Origin: Macrostomum hystrix
Taxonomy: Eukaryota; Animalia; Platyhelminthes
Length of the DNA: 64,000 bases
Reading direction: 5' to 3'
Assembly: GCA_950097015.1 (NCBI GenBank)
Contig: CATNEN010000030.1
Location: forward strand, 1,984,001-2,048,000
The notes beneath the pieces were generated by a model. The model saw nothing but the letters and a program-made list of their open reading frames with translations, was not told the origin of the DNA and searched no databases. The position numbers and the translations under genes are program-made. Position 1 is the first letter of the stretch; each line of letters opens with the position of its first letter. Below are positions 38,801-51,500 of this stretch, one piece after another.

Positions 38801-41800
38801 TTCATGGAATCTCCAGATTCACGGAATCCCCAGATTCACGGAATCCCCAGATTCACGGAATCCCCAGATTCACGGAATCCCCAGATTCACGAAATCCCCA
38901 GATTCACAGAATCCCCAGATTCACGGAATCTGCCGATGGAATCATTAGAGTGCCCAGCTACTCGCCTGCCTTCGCAGCTGCGGCTGATCCGCCCAGGACC
39001 GGTCGCGAGACCTGCCGCCGCTGCTGCCGATGCTGAGCCCGAGTTGGCCGCGGTCAAAGAGCCGCCCAATCTCGGCCAGGTCCATCTCCGCCACCGACCT
39101 CCCGTCCACCGCCAGGACGCGGTCTCCAACGCTGAGCCCTGCCTCGTCGGCCACGCTACCCGGCTGCACGCCCGTCACCATCAGGGTCAGCTGCCGGCTC
39201 TCATCGTCATCTTGGCCCCGATGTTCATTGTGACACTCATTGTTGACCATAGTCGCTGTTATCATGGCAACGTCTATTTCGCACCTCGGCCTCCACGGTG
39301 ATGCCAAACTGACTGACAGCCGGGCCGCTTGTGCAGTCGGCACTCCCGATGGCAGTCGGCAGTCGGCAAGGGCTGAGAACTGGTGATGCTGCACCGCCGA
39401 TCGCAGCTGCTGCGTCTGCGGCGCCTGAGGCTCCGTCCGCTGCTGCTAACAGGAAGTCAACAAGGGAAAAGGAGGTGCGTTCCAGTCCCCTCAGGGCTTG
39501 ATCCCATCCGCTCCCAGTTACTTCAGGCTTTGATCATATTTGGCCTTGATCCCATTTGGTTTTGATCCCATTTGGCTTTGATCCCATTTGGCTTTAATCC
39601 CAGTTGGCTTTGATCCCAGTTGGCTTTGATCCCAGTTGGCTTTGATCCCAGTTGGCTTTGATCCCAGTTGGCTTTGATCCCAGTTGGCTTTAATCCCAGT
39701 TGGCTTTGATTCCAGTTGGCTTTAATCCCAGTTGGCTTTGATCCCAGTTGGCTTTGATCCCAGTTGGCTTTGATCCCAGTTGGCTTTGATCCCAGTTGGC
39801 TTTGATCCCAGTTGGCTTTGATCCCAGTTGGCTTTGATCCCAGTTGGCTTTGATCCCATTTGGCTTTGATCCCAGTTGGCTTTGATCCCAGTTGGCTTTG
39901 ATCCCATTTGGCTTTGATCCCATTTGGCCCATCCCGTCCTGGCCAACCTGCGGCAGTGCTCCGAGCCGTAGAGCGCCTGTTTCCCACTCAGTCCCATTTG
40001 GCCTTGATCCCATTTGGTTTTGATCCCATTTGGCTTTGATCCCATTTGGCTTTGATCCCAGTTGGCTTTGATCCCAGTTGGCATTGATCCCAGTTGGCTT
40101 TGATCCCAGTTGGCTTTGATCCCAGTTGGCTTTGATCCCAGTTGGCTTTGATCCCAGTTGGCTTTGATCCCAGTTGGCTTTAATCCCAGTTGGCTTTGAT
40201 TCCAGTTGGCTTTAATCCCAGTTGGCTTTGATCCCAGTTGGCTTTGATCCCAGTTGGCTTTGATCCCAGTTGGCTTTGATCCCAGTTGGCTTTGATCCCA
40301 TTTGGCTTTGATCCCAGTTGGCTTTGATCCCAGTTGGCTTTGATCCCATTTGGCTTTGATCCCAGTTGGCTTTGATCCCAGTTGGCTTTGATCCCATTTG
40401 GCCCATCCCGTCCTGGCCAACCTGCGGCAGTGCTCCGAGCCGTAGAGCGCCTGTTTCCCACTCAGCCTCTTCCGCAGCTCGGCAGCTGTCTGAACGTCGC
40501 CCCATCCCCGGTCTCGGCTGGTTGCAGCAGCCAACATCGCTACGGGCGGTCACCAGGGCGTGAAATGACGTCATGCTGAGCTGGCCGAACTTGGAAAGCG
40601 CATGCTTGCTGGCTTTGGTGGCTGCTGATAGGGCGGTCTGGGTTGGTTCGCGATGATTATGATGATATCGCGCTGATATTTGATGGGTTCAAATGACAAT
40701 ACGAGCGTAAACCCCAGGTACACACAGTAAACCCCAAGTACACACAGTGACAATAAACCCCAAGTACACACAGTGACAATAAACCCCAATTACACACAGT
40801 GACAATAAACCCCAAGTACACACAGTGACAATAAACCCCAAGTACACACAGTGACAATAAACCCCAAGTACACACAGTGACAATAAACCCCAAGTACACA
40901 CAGTGACAATAAACCCCAATTACACACAGTGACAATAAACCCCAAGTACACACAGTGACAATAAACCCCAAGTACACACAGTGACAATAAACCCCAAGTA
41001 CACACAGTGACAATAAACCCCAAGTACACACAGTGACAATAAACCCCAAGTACACACAGTGACAATAAACCCCAAGTACACACAGTGACAATAAACCCCA
41101 GGTACACAAAGTGACAATAAACCCCAAGTACACACAGTGACAATAAACCCCAAGTACACACAGTGACAATAAACCCCAAGTACATACAGTGACAATAAAC
41201 CCCAAGTACACACAGTGACAATAAACCCCAAGTACATACAGTGACAATAAACCCCAAGTACACACAGTGACAATAAACCCCAAGTACATACAGTGACAAT
41301 AAACCCCAAGTACACACAGTGACAATAAACCCCAAGTACACACAGTGACAATAAACCCCAATTACACACAGTGACAATAACCCCCAAGTACACACAGTGA
41401 CAATAAACCCCAAGTACACACAGTGACAATAAACCCCAATTACACACAGTGACAATAAACCCCAAGTACACACAGTGACAATAAACCCCAATTACACACA
41501 GTGACAATAAACCCCAAGTACACACAGTGACAATAAACCCCAAGTACACACAGTGACAATAAACCCCAAGTACACACAGTGACAGTAAACCCCAAGTACA
41601 CACAGTGACAATAAACCCCAAGTACACACAGTGACAATAAACCCCAAGTACACACAGTGACAGTAAACCCCAAGTACACACAGTGACAGTAAACCCCAAG
41701 TACACACAGTGACAATAAACCCCAAGTACACACAGTGACAGTAAACCCCAAGTACACACAGTGACAATAAACCCCAAGTACACACAGTGACAATAAACCC

Positions 41801-44800
41801 CAAGTACACACAGTGACAATAAACCCCAAGTACACACAGTGACAATAAACCCCAAGTACACACAGTGACAATAAACCCCAAGTACACACAGTGACAATAA
41901 ACCCCAGCAAAATGCAAAATTACCAGCGGACTTGGCACCTCCTGGCGCAGCACAGCAGCCAGGTAGCATCGCATGCGATAGAGCTCTACGCTGAGCTGCT
42001 CCGAGCTGTTCTCAGCCAAGTTCAGTTCGGCACGCGAATAGCCGCGTGGCATTCTGGATTCGTCCTGTCATGGTTGGCAGTTTTGTTTGACAAAGAGAAT
42101 ATGCTTCAGTTGCTAAGGAATGCCATAGAAATGTAAAAACAGTCAACACCAGTGCACAGTTTTGGCCTAACAATCAATGAGAAAAGCTTCTTGTTTTCCA
42201 GCCCAACTGCGAATACAACAAGCAACTGCTTCTGTGAGAAGCAATTTTCTACAGCCAGTCCTCGAAGTCACCTCCCACATATTGATAAACTCATTCTGTG
42301 GATTTATCGATTTCTGGCAAAATTCTTTTGTTTTACTGCGTGAGGCATGCGCTGCACTTTTGTTAAACTTTGTTAAACAGTCGTCTATTTATTTACTTTT
42401 TTTATACTCAAGGTTCTAGAATCCTTAAATCCAAGATTCCCGTGTTTCATCAACCTAGGATTCCAGAATTCCAGGTTTTGAGAATCCCGTTATCCCAGGA
42501 TATTAGGAATCCCATTATCCCAGGAATATTAGGAATCCAATTATCCCAGGAATATTAGGAATCCCATTATCCCAGGAATATTATTATCCCATTACCCCAG
42601 GAATATTAGGAATCCCGTTATCCCAGGAATATTAAATCCCATTATCCCAAGAATATTAGGAATCCCATTATCCCAGGAATATTAGGAATCCCGTTATCCC
42701 AGGAATATTAGGAATCCCATTATCCCAGGAATATTAGGAATCCCGTTATCCCAGGAATATTAAAATCCCATTATCCCAGGAATATTAAAATCCCATGATC
42801 CCAGGAATATTATTATCCCATTATCCCAGGAATATTATTACCCCATTACCCCAGGAATATTAAAATCCCATCATCCCAGTCACTACGAGTCCTATCCCTT
42901 AATCATCCAGTAATCCAGCATCCCATCTCCCGAGTAATCTCCGCACAATGACCCTCAGCCCACCTGTTGTCGGGCCGCGGTCTCCAGCTGAGCGATCTGC
43001 ATCCGCAGCAAGCCGACGGGGTCGGGCATGTCGCAGCGGCCGGCTCGCTTGACCAGCTGAACTGCACAGGCGCTGTGCAATGCGGCTATCCAGCTGTCCA
43101 TTTCTGCTGTGCTCTGAGTCTGAGTACAAACCAATCATATCGAATATTGACAGTATTTTATTCTATAAAAAATTTCAACAATACCAATATTTTTTACTCA
43201 CCTGGATTAGGTAGGCCTCTCCGTGAGCAGTGCTCAATGCTAGAACGCAGTCTCGCTTTGGGTGCTCTGGCATAGCCTGGGCTATGCAGCCGTCGATCAC
43301 TGCATAGAGTGAGGAGAGTCACCTAAATCCTATTGAGTCATTCACCTAAATCCTATTGAGTCAGTCACCTAAATCCTATTGAGTCAGTCACCTAAATCCT
43401 ATTGAGTCATTCACCTAAATCCTATTGAGTCAGTCACCTAAATCCTATTGAGTCAGTCACCTAAATCCTATTGAGTCAGTCACCTAAATCCTATTGAGTC
43501 ATTCACCTAAATCCTATTGAGTCAGTCACCTAAATCCTATTGAGTCAGTCACCTAAATCCTATTGAGTCAGTCACCTAAATCCTATTGAGTCATTCACCT
43601 AAATCCTATTGAGTCAGTCACCTAAATCCTATTGAGTCAGTCACCTAAATCCTATTGAGTCATTCACCTAAATCCTATTAAGTCAGTCACCTAAATCCTA
43701 TTAAGTCAGTCACCTAAACCCTATTGAGTCATTCACCTAAATCCTATTGAGTCATTCACCTAAATCCTATTGAGTCAGTCACCTAAATCCTATTAAGTCA
43801 GTCACCTAAATCCTTTTGAGTCATTCACCTAAATCCTATTGAGTCAGTCACCTAAATCCTATTGAGTCATTCACCTAAATCCTATTGAGTCAGTCACCTA
43901 AATCCTATTGAGTCATTCACCTAAATCCTATTGAGTCAGTCACCTAAATCCTATTGAGTCAGTCACCTAAATCCTATTGAGTCAGTCACCTAAATCCTAT
44001 GGAGTCATTCACCTAAATCCTATTGAGTCATTCACCTAAATCCTATTGAGTCATTCACCTAAATCCTATTGAGTCAGTCACCTAAATCCTATTGAGTCAT
44101 TCACCTAAATCCTATTGAGTCAGTCACCTAAATCCTATTGAGTCAGTCACCTAAATCCTATTGAGTCATTCACCTAAATCCTATTGAGTCATTCACCTAA
44201 ATCCTATTGAGTCAGTCACCTAAATCCTATTGAGTCATTCACCTAAATCCTATTGAGTCAGTCACCTAAATCCTATTGAGTCATTCACCTAAATCCTATT
44301 GAGTCAGTCACCTAAATCCTATTGAGTCAGTCACCTAAATCCTATTGAGTCATTCACCTAAATCCTATTGAGTCAGTCACCTAAATCCTATTGAGTCAGT
44401 CACCTAAATCCTATTGAGTCATTCACCTAAATCCTATTGAGTCAGTCACCTAAATCCTATTGAGTCATTCACCTAAATCCTATTGAGTCAGTCACCTAAA
44501 TCCTATTAAGTCAGTCACCTAAACCCTATTGAGTCATTCACCTAAATCCTATTGAGTCATTCACCTAAATCCTATTGAGTCAGTCACCTAAATCCTATTA
44601 AGTCAGTCACCTAAATCCTTTTGAGTCATTCACCTAAATCCTATTGAGTCAGTCACCTAAATCCTATTGAGTCATTCACCTAAATCCTATTAAGTCAGTC
44701 ACCTAAATCCTATTAAGTCAGTCACCTAAATCCTTTTGAGTCAGTCACCTAAATCCTATTGAGTCAGTCACCTAAATCCTATTGAGTCATTCACCTAAAT

Positions 44801-45533
44801 CCTATTGAGTCATTCACCTAAATCCTATTAAGTCAGTCACCTAAATCCTTTTGAGTCAGTCACCTAGATCCTATTGAGTCATTCACCTAAATCCTATTAA
44901 GTCAGTCACCTAAATCCTATTAAGTCAGTCACCTAAATCCTTTTGAGTCAGTCACCTAGATCCTATTGAGTCATTCACCTAAATCCTATTAAGTCAGTCA
45001 CCTAAATCCTATTAAGTCAGTCACCTAAATCCTTTTGAGTCAGTCACCTAAATTCAATCAAGTAAAAAGTCGAATTACTTAAATCTAATCCCTAAACTTA
45101 ATCTCCTAAACTTTATCACCTAAAATGTATAACCTAAGCTTTACTCCTTTAAAATGAATCACAAAAACTTTAATCCCAAACATCTAATCAATGAATCTAA
45201 TGATCTAAATCTAATCAGCTTAACCTAATTACCTAAACCAATCAGCAAGGTATAATCAACGAAATCTAATTAGCGAACTCACTCAGGCAGCCCTGAGGTG
45301 CTGTGTCGGGCGTCCCGCAGCTTTTCCGTCTTCCTGAGCCGCCGCTGACGCCACCGCCGTTGCCAACAGCCGGGTCTCGCTTGTACAGCAGCAGCAGCGG
45401 ACCGCGCAGCACCGCCCATTGACGCCGCCATCGTCTGCGCTCGGCCAGCTGTGGCCGGCTCCGCCTGTTGACCAGCCACGGCTTCACCGACAACCACCTG
45501 GGGCGAAGAAGGGCAATCGACTCGCATGGGTTG

Positions 45534-45571
<38 letters not shown>

Positions 45572-48500
45572 TGCAGGAGGGCTTCTGCCCATTCTGCCCA
45601 TTTCGCTGACTCCTGAGCACACACGCACACAGATACTGTACGCAGGCAGGCATCTGCCCTGACTTTCTCATCGTCAGGCGGTGTACACTTTCACTGTGCC
45701 TTGGAGGTTGGCCCTCAAGGGCGTAAATTGCACGACAAGCCCCCAAGCCTTCTCTCCGCGGCTGCGCCCCAAATAAATGTGGCCTCGCCGCGGAATCGAA
45801 CTTAGGAACCGTGGTGCGAGAGGCAAACACGATAACCGCTCTGCCACCGACCCCCTACCTCGCATGGGTTGAAATCCTAAAATCCTAAAATGGTCATTGT
45901 GTGATCCTAAAATGGTCATTGTGTGGTACTAGAATGGTCATTGTGTAATACTAGAATGGTCATTGTGTGGTACTAGAATGGTCATTGTGTGGTACTAGAA
46001 TGGTCATTCTGTAATCATAAGAAGTCACTCATTACAACTGATGGCTGCAGTCTCAAAACTTACCCCGACTTCTCGGCACTGATTGCAGCTCCGCGCAGGC
46101 CCAGACTGAATCCGTTACCATAGCAACAGCACTGGGCCGCCGGCGCGGAGCCATCAACAATCTGGGATTGAGACCTTGCCGCTGTCCCCAGCTGCTGCTG
46201 CTGCTGCTGCTGTTGCTGCTGTTGCTGCTGTTGCATGGAAGACCTCTGTAATCAGGTAGTATTTTGTTATCGAATCAAAGTAAATGGGATCGTTTTTTTT
46301 CAACTTAAAACAGAGACTGGGTTGGGATATACGGATCCATCAGTGAATCGGATATCTCATTCTTTAAAAAAGCAACAGGGCAAATATTTTTCAAGCTTGA
46401 ACTCAGAAAAAAGGGTTCCCTGTTAAAATAATATATTCAAGCCCGTGTTTTTTCATTCTGGGTTTTAACCAATCAGGAAACTTGGAGCAGGAAAATGGTT
46501 AGCAATAATGGCGGAAGATAATACAGCCTGGTGTACTCTGGGCATTAGACTGCACTGCCCAAGGCAATGTATGCAGAAGAAAACAGAGAGGAACATGAGA
46601 GAGAGGAACAGAGGAGGTGTGGGAGAGCTAGGAGAGAATTATGTATTCAGCACCCCCTTATCTGCAGTGGGAGAATGAATGACAGCCCGGGTCACAAGCA
46701 CAAGCAATATTGGAAGTCAGCGTGAGGTGGCTGCCAGTTTAATATCAAGAAATTTGGCTGCTAGAGAATTGTCGATAATGGCTTTGGCTAGCTGGCTATC
46801 ACATTCTTAATGGATCTGGTGTAGATCAGTTTCATTTTTAGCAAAGGTTATAGGAGATATTTTGATAGAAAGAATTGTGAATAGTGAAAGAATTTATGGA
46901 AAAATCTAAAACATGCCTTCAGTTTTAGCTGTTTACTGGCTTTAAACTTGTTGCCTTGTTTCTTTGTATACTGATGAATTCAGCTTGACTTTAGCCATTC
47001 CGAGGTTCTGACCTATTTCAGCAGCTTACCCTTTAAGGCTCATACCCATACCAACTTGAAGCTTCTAATCTAAGTAGTCAATGGTCTTACTAAATTTGAG
47101 GCTCTTACCAATTTGAGGCTCTCATCTATTTGAGGCTCTTACTAATTTGAGGCTCTTACCGATTTGAGGCTCTTACGAATTTGAGAATCTTTCCTATTTT
47201 AGGCTCTTACCAATTCGTGGCTCTTTTCAATTTGAGACTCTTACCGATCTGAGGCTCTTACTGATTTAAGGCTCTCATCTATTTGATTCTTTTACCGATT
47301 TGAGGCTCTCACGAATTTGAGGCTCTTACCAATTTGAGGCTCTCAATAATTTGAGGCTCTCAACAGGTTTAGGATTCCAACAATTTGAGGCACTACCCCT
47401 TTGAGGCTCTCACCCCATGTGATGCTCTTACTGTTTCTGGCAGTTAAGTCACACAACAGAGGCTTTTAGTTTGTGGTCTGAGAGGTTGAGAGTATTTATA
47501 TATGCAGAGCTGGCTAATCCCTCAACTTTAGCTTGCTGTTAGATTTTAATTCTCAAAATTTTGGTTTTCGCTCTTTTTATCTCCGTAACGTGCTACTTGA
47601 AGTAGTAATCGTATTATTTAAATTATAAAAAGCACAATGAAAACGTAAACACTTCAGAAATAGGAATGATACTTGCCAGTAAAATCATGGCTGTGGTTGG
47701 TTCGGATTCATTTCGACAGTTGCAAACGGCCGGCGGACGATCATCTGAAATTTGGCGAAACACTAAGCACGCATTCCATTGAAAGCTCGCGTCCCAGTGG
47801 CCCCAGAAACTCACCCGAACACGCTCGCGCAGCGGTCGCGGCTCTGCTTGACTGGAATTTCATGGGCGAGTTTTTTTCAAATGGTGTTTGAAAACAGGGC
47901 GGTACAGGGCTAGCTAGCAAGCATTCGCCTTTTCAACGGCGCAGGCGAGTTTAAAAGTGCGGATGGAGAGCATGAATGTCGAGTGACTGGACGAGCGGAT
48001 TTAGCGCACTGCGCAAATGCCGCACCCAGAGAAAAAACCAAGAAGTGTCTCCATTAAAGAAAGAAAAAACAGAGCTAAGGGCAGCTAGACGCGGTTTTAT
48101 TGACCCGTGGGGATCTGCTGGATTTAGAGGAAAGGGGAGGTCGGAGAGGAGTACGCGTTCTATCTGATCCTAGTTGCAATCGATTTGTTTGTTTGTCGTA
48201 TCCTTCAGGCCTTGGGCTGGCTTTTTACAATCGAAGTCTTCGGCAATTAAAAGTAAAGAGTCTTGGAATCCACTTGGAATTTCACGGTCCAGTAAACTAA
48301 TTTTAACCAATTGATTTCGATTAATTTTCGCGAAATAAACCGTGACAAGAGTACTGATCAAGAGCATATGAGAAGACGCATTTTAGGGACAAATTGAAAA
48401 GTAACGCGAAAAGTACCGATGAGCTACTTTACGAGAGCAGCTACGGAGAGTACAAGTGAGCCAGACGACTGTACGAGAGCAGCTACGGAGAGTACAAGTG

Positions 48501-51500
48501 AGCCAGACGACTGTACGAGAGCAGCTACGGAGAGTACAAGTGAGCCAGACGACTGTACAAGAGAAGCTACGGGGAGTACAAGTGAGCCAGACGACTGTAC
48601 AAGAGCAGCTACGGAGAGGACAAGTGAGCCAGACGACTGTACAAGAGAAGCTACGGGGAGTACAAGTGAGCCAGACGACTGTACAAGAACAGCTGCGGAG
48701 AGTACAAGTGAGCCAGACGACTGTACAAGAGAAGCTACGGGGAGTACAATTGAGCCAGACGACTGTACGAGAGCAGCTACGGGGAGTACAATTGAGCCAG
48801 ACGACTGTACGAGAGCAGCTGCGGAGAGCACAATTGAGCCAGACGACTGTACGAGAGCAGCTGCGGAGAGTACAAGTGAGCCAGACGACTGTACGAGAGC
48901 AGCTGCGGAGAGCACAATTGAGCCAGACGACTGTACAAAAGCAGCTGCGGAGAGTACAATTGAGCCAGACGACTGTACGAGAGCAGCTACGTGGAGTACA
49001 AGTGAGCCAGACGACTGTACAAGAGCAGCTGCGGAGAGTACAAGTGAGCCAGACGACTGTACGAGAGCAGCTGCGGAGAGTACAAGTGAGCCAGACGACT
49101 GTAAAAAAGCAGCTGCGGAGAGCACAAGTGAGCCAGATGACTGAACGAGAGCAGCTGCGGAGAGCACAATTGAGCCAGACGACTGTACAAAAGCAGCTGC
49201 GGAGAGTACAATTGAGCCAGACGACTGTACGAGAGCAGCTACGGGGAGTACAATTGAGCCAGACGACTGTACAAGAGAAGCTACGGGGAGTACAATTGAG
49301 CCAGACGACTGTACGAGAGCAGCTGCGGAGAGCACAAGTGAGCCAGACGACTGTACGAGAGCAGCTGCGGAGAGTACAAGTGAGCCAGACGACTGTACGA
49401 GAGCAGCTGCGGAGAGCACAATTGAGCCAGACGACTGTACAAAAGCAGCTGCGGAGAGTACAATTGAGCCAGACGACTGTACGAGAGCAGCTACGTGGAG
49501 TACAAGTGAGCCAGACGACTGTACAAGAGCAGCTGCGGAGAGTACAAGTGAGCCAGACGACTGTACGAGAGCAGCTACGGAGAGTACAAGTGAGCCTGAA
49601 GAATGTGCAAGAGCGGCAACCGAGAGTGCAGATGGGCCAGGAGAATGTGAGAACAACTACGAAAAGCACGGATGGGCTAGACAAATCAATAACAAATTAC
49701 TCGTACGAAGCACTGCAGAAACTTCTCCGCGTCCCCGGCGGCTGCAAAGTTGAGTCCGTAGTTGCAGTTTCTGCTCTCGTCCTTCCAGTGCACAAAGCAG
49801 TCGCTGGCTTGGAAGACTCGCACAACTGGTGTTGGTTTCGGTGAAGGCGCGTTTTCTTTGTTTTTGTGAGGAAATGCCCATGGGTCAAACGATTTTCATA
49901 CATTTTCATACATTATTCGGGGAAGGCCAGACGCGGATAGAAGGCTTAGAGGCTTTTCGTGCAATTTGAACCCTGACCCGCACCAAGATTTTCTTATGGG
50001 ATGTCGGTGGCAGAGTGGTTAACGCGTTTGCCTCTCGCACCGAGGTCCCTAAGTTCGATTCTACGGCGAGGCCACATTTATTTGGGGCGCAGCCGTGGAG
50101 AGAAGGCTTGGGTGGCTTGTCGTGCAATTTACGCCTTTGAGGGCCAACCTCCAAGGCACAGTGAGAAAGTCAGGGCAGATGTACACACCCGTGTGAGCGT
50201 GTGCCTGCGTACGGTATCTGTGTGCGTGTGTGCTCAGGAGTCAGCGAAATGGGAAGAATTGCCTTGTTGAAGAATTGAAATCGTTCAGACGCCTGTCCCA
50301 TGAGCAACTTCTTTCTGAACTCAAATAATTGGCAGACGAACCTCGAGGCTCAACGCAGGCCTGAAGGACTGGCTCCGACCGTCTGCTGTCGCGAGCTTCG
50401 ATCCGGAATCGGCAGCGGCGGCTGTTGAGCGCACCGTCGCCCAAAGCGCAGGCGATGCTGACCGGCACCACATCGTCGGATAGGCGGAGCCACTCCTGGT
50501 CATTGTCCTGCGCTCTGAACACCTCGGCCCAGAGCCTTGGCCAGAGAAGGAGGGGCACTGATTTGAGCGACATTTGACCTTCATTAGTCACTGTACTTGG
50601 CGAGTTTTTTTGCGGGAATGCGGAGGGTCTTTGGTGTGTCTTTGTACAGGAATGCGGAGGGTCCTTGGTGTGTCTTTGTACAGGAATGCGGAGGGTCCTT
50701 GGTGTGTCTTTGTACAGGAATGCGGAGGGTCCTTGGTGTGTCTTTGTACAGGAATGCGGAGGGTCCTTGGTGTGTCTTTGTACAGGAATTCGGAGGGTCC
50801 TTGGTGTGTCTTTGTACAGGAATGCGTAGGGTCCTTGGTGTGTCTTTGTACAGGAATGCGGAGGGTCCTTGGTGTGTCTTTGTACAGGAATGCGGAGGGT
50901 CCTTGGTGTGTCTTTGTACAGGAATGCGGAGGGTCCTTGGTGTATCTTTGTGCAGGAATGCGGAGGGTCTTTGGTGAGTCTTTGTGCGGGAATGCAAATG
51001 ACCTTTGGTTTGCAAATTGGCTTTGTTGCTTTGTTTTGTTGTCAATTATTTCAAATCCTTTTAGAATGGTTCCTAAATAACTTTGAATGCTTAAAGGCCA
51101 AACTGAACTTCTTATAATTCCTTCTCCGTCTCGACCTCTCTGATTGCGAGCGGCTCAGTTAAATGCACTTTTAGCACAGAAGCTGAGCACTGTAGCCCCA
51201 GCAATTTGGTCCAAGATATGCCGGGCGGCAATAAAGAGACAGGCAGAGAGGTAGCGGGCCTCAAATCTTTTTAGAGGGACATAGGGGGGCAGGCGGAGGA
51301 GAAAAATTGTGGGAGAATTCGCCCCTGCAGCCAATTTCCCGGCGACGTTCGTTGGTCCGAGCGGAAGCGGCGCCTTTTCCCAGAGGCTCTGGTAGGCATT
51401 TGCATTCCTCGCCCGAAAGCAATGCAACCCCGGCCCCAGCAACACCTCCGCGGCTGGGTGCCATTCTAAAGCCGCCCCACTACTGTTGGCTACCTGAGCA

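Noticed and set aside
26183-40560. Programmed +1 frameshifting or RNA editing as an explanation for the frame breaks
   Set aside because: No shared slippery or stop motif at the sites, and they are confined to one block; sequencing error is far more parsimonious.
38274-41969. ORFs such as [42 protein letters not shown]
   Set aside because: Translations of sif intronic arrays; only their non-repeat ends overlap real exons.
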